Part shown: in pieces, positions 56,451 to 64,000 of the stretch
Layout: each line of letters starts with the position of its first letter
Position numbering within the stretch: the stretch's first letter is position 1
Assembly (NCBI RefSeq): GCF_009914755.1
Contig: NC_060925.1
Reading direction: 5' to 3' (one strand)
Length of the DNA stretch: 64,000 nucleotides
From: the human T2T-CHM13v2.0 reference genome, Homo sapiens
Notes under the pieces: generated by a model
What the model saw: the letters and a program-made list of their open reading frames with translations, nothing else
The model's database searches: none
Told to the model about the DNA's origin: nothing
Position numbers and translations under genes: made by a program

Positions 56451-57179
56451 AATTGATCTCATTTTTAATCTCATGATCACCTTGTAACACATGTAAGGCA
56501 AGCATGTCTCCATGTTAATATGGGGCAGTTAATATACTTGCCCGAGCTCACCACTCCATACTCTTACTTCTTGGTTGTAGGCAGGGTAAGACTAGACTCC
56601 GTTCCCCTTGCTACCCACTGCATCAGACAGTTAGCTGTGGATCAGTCACCAATCAGGGAGGCTTAGTTTGGTTAAATATGTCATGTTGAGATCGAAGTAT
56701 AGATAATGTTATAAACAATGAGACAACAAGGGGACAGCCTATGTACCAACACCAGAGGACCTCCTGTCCTCAGTCAATACTTACTTGCAACATGTTTAGC
56801 CATATTTGTTTAGATTTGATGCCTCTGGCCCATTTTCTTCCTCTTTAAGCTTTTATATTTCTCAAGTTTTATATAGTTTCATCTGGGCCAGTGATAGTAA
56901 AATTTGGGTTCCTTCCTCCTAATCTTGCTGTGGTACAATGTGGTGTGTTTAGGGACAATTCTGGCTGGTATATGCTCTCTTACTAACAAAGGCAGTGACT
57001 ACAGCTATCTCTATAAGAGATGGTTGGCTGGAGCCAGGACAGGCCCTTAGGCACTTGTGCTACAAAACCCGGGGGTGGTAGTCCTCCCTCCACACCCGCC
57101 ACTACCCCCCACCCCCACCTCCCAGGGAGTATGCCCTGTGTCTTGAAAATGGCCTTGCTCTGAGCCTCTTTGGATGGCA

Positions 57180-57630
57180 AACTGAAGTGCAAATCTGTGT
57201 TCTGACTTGTTCCCGTGGCTGTCAGCATGTTTTCCTCTTGTCAGCAGCAATTGACTGGTCAGGCTCACCCCTGTACAGCAATTGTAACAGCTCATTGACA
57301 GACTAGTGACCCAGCTGGACCTGATAATGGAAAACTATTGATTTTTGTGGGCTCCACGAATCTAAAATGAACGACCGATGTAATGTCATCAATTGTCTCG
57401 GACTCTGATAACCCAGGGGGAAAAAGTTTCAGGGATTGCTTGTATTTCCTGACAATAGTGTTCCAAAATCTCACTGAGCATATGTAAGAAGAAGCCCATT
57501 TCTTAGATGGGCTTTAAATGACCCCGATTAGTCCATCAGGGTTTCAACACCGAGGCTTGCATGTTAAATGAAGTGGAAATTAGGATTATCAATTAGCAGA
57601 ACTGAGACATAACGTACAATTTAGGAAAGA
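57180..57630. promoter_or_regulatory. Candidate TALE (MEIS/TGIF)-site-rich enhancer
   Basis: Five TGTCA/TGACA cores between 57219 and 57455, plus CAATTG and CAATTAG cores; repeat-free. Confidence 0.5.
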
Positions 57631-59012
57631 TATTTGTGGAGAAGCACTTTGAGAGGAAAATGTTTAAAATGTTTATTATAAAACAAGCTCACAGGAAAAA
57701 AAAAAGAAGAAGCTGGGAGGAAACCAAAATATATAGGCTCTCCAAGAGCCTTGATGTATGAAATTGTGATAGAACTATGAGGCTGCTTTGGCTTGCCTGT
57801 GTTGATTTATTGGTAGTAGAAAGAAAGGCTTGAAAATAATGTAGAGATGCCTTAAACATGTGTTGCAGGAAATAGCTATTTAGTTTTGTTTTTTAAACAA
57901 TTTTCTCCTTACTTGATCATTTAAAAATCCTCAAACATTGCTTAGTGTGTTTTTTAGAAACAACAGCATTTTTTTCTTGAGCCAAATTAGCAATGGGTTG
58001 GAGCTAATTTTGCCCAGTGGACAGGTCTAGAAAATTCTGTACTCTATGCTGAATTCTGATAGATAGGATTTCCCTTAATGGCCTCTGCCAAAGGGAACTT
58101 GATTAAAAAAAAAAAAAAAAAAAGGCAAGGCTATTGATCTTGGCTGCCAAACTGATACATTTAGTTCACAATCCACTTGTAGTGAGGACATAATCATCTT
58201 ATGGTCCTGATCAAATTCAGACATTCTTAGAACACAGTTCTGAAGGCTAGACAAATCAGAGAACACAGAAATAACAGGGGTGCTTCCCCATCCATTTTAT
58301 TTGCTCAAAGAGGGCTAGAAATCTCAGTAAGGGTCCAGAAAGAACAGGCCCCAGAGGAGATGAATCTATGTGTGGCTGGACTCCTGTTCACAGGATGCTG
58401 CCATCTTCACACTCTCCTGTCATGGTCCTTCTCTGGCCTTTGATTAGCATCGCCCCTTACAACACTACACCTCTGGTTTTCTAGCACTATCAAAACCAGC
58501 TTTGCCAATTGTTTGGCTGGCTACCTATTAGTAAAGACACACAAGGTTGAGGTTGAGACCTGAAAGAAAATTAGGCTAGGCAAAAAAAATTGGTATTTGG
58601 ACTTTAATAAATAAAAAAGGCTTGATGCAGAGAACACAAAATTTGCCTGATGCTGTGTGATGTGTCTTATGGCCCAGCCAAGGCATCAACAGGTCAAAGG
58701 TCAGGAGTGAGGTCTTATATGTTTTGGAATTCTCTACAGTGGTTTTCATCAGGCCTTGCATGTCACAAATATATAAATAATCATTGAATAAAGGAGCAAA
58801 AAGGCTATTTTTAAGTATAGAAAGATGAAGGTAACATTTTCCAGTGTATAATAGATTTGGGAGAAAATATTTGCAATCAGGGTTTTCCATGTGCAGGCTC
58901 ATGCCAGTCCATGAAGGAGTTCACCTGTCTGTGGTAAATATAAATAAATGAACAAAGGGAAGTTAACAGGATTTTATAAAGCAAAATTTAATCTTTTTAA
59001 AAGTCCGAGATT

Positions 59013-59319
<307 letters not shown>

Positions 59320-60070
59320 TTATAGTCTTTTGAGATGTTAAACATTTTCTTTTATAAATAATGATTATAATAAATTAATAGCTTTACTTGGCAAGGCAAG
59401 ATTAAAAGTTGGCAAAAATCATACACTGGTCCAATACCTTAAAAATTACTTTTCTGTAGAAGCCAAAGAATGGGTGCACTAATCTAAATACCTATTGTGC
59501 CTCTTATTAATATTAAGGCAATCCCATATGACTGTCAACAAATAGAAATATTCATGATTAAGGCACAGCATTAGATGTGATAGGTGTAACAGCACTGGCC
59601 TAAGGTCTAGTCATTTGGAGCTTCTTTTAGGTTTTTGGTCTGTATTCTATCTTTACAAATTATTAAATTATTAAAAAATTTTAATTTTTAAACCCAAATC
59701 TGTGATTTGATTGAAATGCTGAAAGATGCGATATTAGTCACCATACTTTTAACTTCAAGATACTCTTTTCTGATAACACAATTCCTATCTTCTGCCCTAT
59801 GCAATGTCAGGTCTGTTCCCAGCAGCAGTTCCACAGTAATGATGCCACTTGGAAGAGAAAACAATTTTGTTTCTTTGGGTTTTAATTTGATGTGTAAAGT
59901 CAAAATTTTAACTCAGAGTATGTGTTTTGCTGTGCTTTGTAACTTGCACTAAAGATTTAAATGTATTAAACACATTCCTTGCAATAACTAATCATAAAAT
60001 TACAGTATTTATTAATAGAAGATTAATAACTCTGGACCCAGTTTCACCTCCACATTTAACATCTTCCTCT

Positions 60071-60620
60071 TGTATCTTTTGGAATGCTTTCAGCTGCAGG
60101 TAAAAGAGGAATGCTTTGTGTTACTTCACAAAGCAGGTCAGAGATCTTGTGGTTCTAGGATTGATTGATGCAGTATCTCAGCAACATAATCGAGGACCCA
60201 GGTTTTTTCCATATTTTTCACTGGCTATCTCAGCATGTTCACTTGTCCTGTTATACTCTCTTCCATCATGGAGAGCAATATGACCACACAGTTCCTGGTG
60301 TTCAATGTAGATAGTAATACTTAGCAGCAGGAAAAGGGGACATTCCTCTGTTGTGTCCCTTTTTAAGACTTAAGGAACACTTCCCCAAAAGCCCATTTTC
60401 TCACTTTCCCTCAAGCTTCATCCAGAGTTGTGTTATCAGCCTGTTTGTAAACCGTTTGCTGGCTAAAGGAATAGATTAATCATTACTGGATTCTTAATCT
60501 ATATCCATCCTCTGGGGCTGGAGAAGAGCACAGCATCCCCTAACGTACATCACACCTGAAAATAAGTCACCTGAAAAGAAAATTAAGTTTCTGTTTACAA
60601 GGAAAAAAAAAGGGACACAT
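60071..60620 (-). mobile_element. LTR33-like ERVL LTR
   Basis: GGAATGCTTTCAGCTGCAGGTAA terminus and GAGGACCCAGGTTTTTTCCAT motif. Confidence 0.55.
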
Positions 60621-60624
60621 CAAC

Positions 60625-60933
60625 TTAGAATAACTGTTTCGATGACACTCCCTCTTAGAAGACAGCCATCATGTAAGAAATTCAGATGCCCTGAGGACAC
60701 CATACTACGAAGAAACCTGACCCAGCCATTTGGAGAAACACAGAGGCACCAGTCAAGTGAGTGAGAATTTTTTGGACCTTCTAGCTCAGTTTAAGATGAA
60801 TACAGCCAAGTGAATAATCCAGAACTGCCCAGCCAAGTCCTGCTCAAATTCTTGACCCAAAGAGATAAAATAGTTGTTAGTTTAAGCCTCTAAGATTTGA
60901 GGTAGTTTATTGTATAGCAATAGGTAACAAAAC
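60625..60933 (+). mobile_element. MLT1 LTR, 3' part
   Basis: TTTAAGCCTCTAAGATTTGAGGTAGTTTATTGTATAGCAATAGGTAACAAAACA terminus. Confidence 0.75.
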
Positions 60934-63895
60934 ATCCAACAATGTGGTATCTAGAAGAGAGACAGTTTAAATATAGAGGTACTAAGAGGTTGAAATTAAA
61001 ATGGAAAAAATATACTATACAAACAGTAAGCATATAAAAGATGGAATTACTATATTAACATCAGACCAAAGTAGGCTTCAAGACAAGCAATGTTGCCAGA
61101 GAAAATGGGTAATGTTTCATAATAATAAAATTATAAGTGTATGTATCTAAATCAGAGATTCAAAATACATTGTGTAAGAATTGTCAGAACTAAACAGAAA
61201 TAGATCATTCAGAATTACAATTAGAGATTTAAGGCCTCCCAACAACTGTAGCCCCTCCCCACGCCCATGATTAAGAATACAGAAAAGCTTAACAACACAA
61301 TCAACTATCTTGATATAATTGATATTTGTATAACACTATGTATTAGTCCATTTTCACACTGCTGATAAAGATATACCTGTGACTGGGAAGAAAAAGAGGT
61401 TTCATTGGACTTACAGTTCCACATGGCTGGGGAGGCCTCAGAATCATGGCGGGAGGTGAAAGGTACTTCTTACATGGTGGCAGCAAGAGAAAATGAGGAA
61501 GAAGCAAAAGCAGAAACCGCTAATAAATCCATCAGATCTCGTGAGACTTATTCACTATCATGAGAATAGCAGAGGAAAGATGGGCCCCCATGATTCAATT
61601 ACCTCTCCCTGGGTCCCTCCCACAACACATGGTAATTCTGGGAGATACAATTCAAGTTGAGATTTGGTTGGGACACAGCCAAACCATATCATTCCACCCT
61701 TGCCCCTCCAAATCTCATGTCATCGCATTTCAAAACCAATTACGCCATCCCAATAGTCCCCCAAAGTCTTAACTCATTTCAGCATTAACCCAAAGGTCCA
61801 CAGTCCAAAGTCTCATCTGAGACAAGGCAAGTCTTCTGCCTTTGAGCCTGTAAAATCAAAAGCAAGCTAGTTACTTCCTAGATACAATGTGGGTACAGGT
61901 ATTGAGTAAATACACCTGTTCCAAATGGGAGAAATTGGCCAAAACAAAGGGATTACATGGCCTATGCGAGTCTGAAATCCAGCGGGGCAGTCAAATTTTA
62001 AAGCTCCAAAATGATCTCCTTTGACTCCAGGTCTCACATCCAGGTCATTCTGATGCAAGAAGTGAGTTCCCATGGTCTTGGGCAACTCTGTCCCTGTGAC
62101 TTTGCAGGGTACAACCTCCTCCTGGCTGCTTTCATGGGCTGGCATTGGGTGTCTGTGGCTTTTCCAAGTGGACGGTGCAAGTTGTCAGTGGATCTACCAT
62201 TCTGGGGTCTGGAGGATGGTGGCCTTCTCACAGCTTCACTAGGCAGTGCCCCAGTAGGGACTCTGTGTGGAGGCTCCAACCCCACATTTCCCTTCTGCAC
62301 TATCCTTGCAGAGGTTCTCCATGAGGGCCCCACCCCTGCAACAAACTTTTGCCTGGGCATCCAGGAGTTTCCATACATCTCCAAAATCTAGGCGGAGGTT
62401 CCCAAACCTCAATTCTTGACTTCTGTGCACCTGCAGGCTCAATACCGCATGGAAGCTGCCAAGGCTTAAGGCTTCCATCCACTGAAGCCACAGCCCGAGC
62501 TCTGTATGTTGGCCCCTTTCAGCCATGGCTGGAGTGGCTGGGACACAGGGCACCAAGTCCCTAAGCTGCACACAGCACAGGGACCCTGGGCCCAGCCCAT
62601 GAAACCGCTTTTTCCTCCTGGGCCACCAGGCCTGTAATGAGAGGGGCTGCTGGGAAGGTTTCTGACATGGCCTGGAGACATTTTCCACACATCTTGGGGA
62701 TTAACATTAGGCTTCTTGCTACTTATGCAAATTTCTGCTGCTGGCTTAAATTTATCCTCAAAAAATGGGTTTTTCTTTTCTACTGCATTGTCAGGCTGCA
62801 AATTTTCTGAACTTTTATGCTCTGTTTCCCTTTTAAAATGGAAGGCTTTTAACAGCACCCAAGTCACCTCTTGAATACTTTGCTGCTTAGAAATTTCTTC
62901 CACCAGATACCTTAAATCATCTCTCTCAAGTTCAAAGTTCCATAGATCTCTAGGGCAGGGGCAAAATGCCACCAGTCTCTTTGCTAAAACATAACAAGAG
63001 TCACCTTTGCTCCAGTTCCCATCAAGTTCCTCATTTCCATCTGAGACCACCTCAGCTTGAATTTTATTGTGCATGTCGCTATCAGCATTTTGGGCAAAGC
63101 CATTCAACAAGTCTCTAGGAAGTTCCAAACTTTCCCACATTTTTCTTTTTTCTTCTGAGCCCTCCAAACTGTTCCAACCTCTGCCTATTACCCAGCTCCA
63201 AAGTCGCTTCCACATTTTTGGGTATCTTTTCAGCAATGCCCCACTCTACTGGTACCAATTTACTGTATTAGTTTGTTTTCACACTGCTAATAAAGGTATA
63301 CCCATGACTGGAAAGAAAAAGAGGTTTAATTGAACTTACAGTTCCACATGGCTGGGGAGGCCTTAGAATTGTGGCAGGAGGTGAAAGGTACTTCTTACAT
63401 AGCGGTGGCAAGAGAATGAGGAAGAAGCAAAAGCGAAACCCCTGATAAACCCATCAGCTCTCATGAGACTTACTCACTATCACGAGAACAGCATAGGAAA
63501 GACAGGCTCTCATGATTCAGTTACCTCCCCTTGGGTCCCTCCCATAACACATGATAATTCTGGGAGACACAATTCAAGTTGAGATTTTGGTGGGGACATA
63601 GCCAAACCATATCACACTACATCCAACAATATAATATACATTATTTTCAAGGGCACATAAATTGTTCACCAAGATAGACTATATGTTGGGCCACAAAATA
63701 TGTTTCAATAAATTTGAATAGACTGAAATTACACAAAGTAAGTTTTCTGACCCCAAGAGAATGAAATAAGAAATGAATAACAGTAAGATAATTTTAAAAT
63801 TCCCCCCAAATCTTTGGAAATTAAATAACATACTTCTATTAATCTATGGGTCAAAGAAGAAATCATAAGGAAAATTAAAAATATTTTGAACCAAA
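60934..63895 (+). mobile_element. Old L1M ORF2 endonuclease-region fragment split by the THE1 provirus
   Basis: L1 EN-like sequence at 60934-61338 resumes in register at 63620-63895. Confidence 0.75.
61339..63614 (-). mobile_element. Full-length THE1 (THE1B/C-type MaLR) provirus: 3' LTR 61339-61691, internal region 61692-63263, 5' LTR 63264-63614
   Basis: Two homologous LTRs (TGTATTAG...CCATATCA), perfect 5-bp TSD CACTA, and the internal MaLR ORF remnant (GRGWNSLEGSEE..KMWESLELPRDLLNGF). Confidence 0.96.
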
Positions 63896-63896
63896 T

Positions 63897-64000
63897 GATT
63901 ATTTATTTATTATTATTATTATTTTTTGAGATGGAGTCTTGCTCTTGTTACCCAGGCTGGAGTACAGTGGCTGTATCTTGGCTCACTGCAACCTCTGCCT
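63897..64000 (-). mobile_element. Alu, truncated by the window edge, with an (ATT)n tail
   Basis: TTTGAGATGGAGTCTTGCTC...CACTGCAACCTCTGCCT. Confidence 0.93.

Overview
This window is simian-primate (human-like) genomic DNA with no credible protein-coding exon. Every ORF in the track falls in an Alu, L1, LTR, microsatellite or CpG island, or is a short chance ORF. The left ~29 kb and right ~5 kb are transposon-dense: 19 Alus across the window, an internally deleted L1MC carrying nested insertions, two MLT2 LTRs with expanded microsatellites, MLT1 and THE1 LTRs, a full-length THE1 provirus, and Tigger, MADE1 and MARNA DNA transposons. The centre (~29-58 kb) resembles a developmental-gene regulatory block. 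It has a ~10 kb stretch with no recognisable transposon and several homeodomain/TALE/POU motif-dense blocks that look like conserved non-coding enhancers. It also has two CpG islands (~35.9-36.9 and ~51.2-52.4 kb) with no coding gene attached. The second island carries splice donors on both strands, and I can assemble a plausible spliced + strand lncRNA from it. From memory only (unverified), the layout fits human 1p22.2 between BARHL2 and ZNF644. The most unusual small-scale observations are: a 17-nt templated-looking insert in a microsatellite that is identical to a site exactly 4,000 bp away; a TSD-flanked solo poly(A) insertion; and a 309-bp unbroken purine/pyrimidine alternation. I found no convincing wholly new biological system. 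Repeat subfamily names were assigned by eye, and conservation is inferred from motif content rather than measured.
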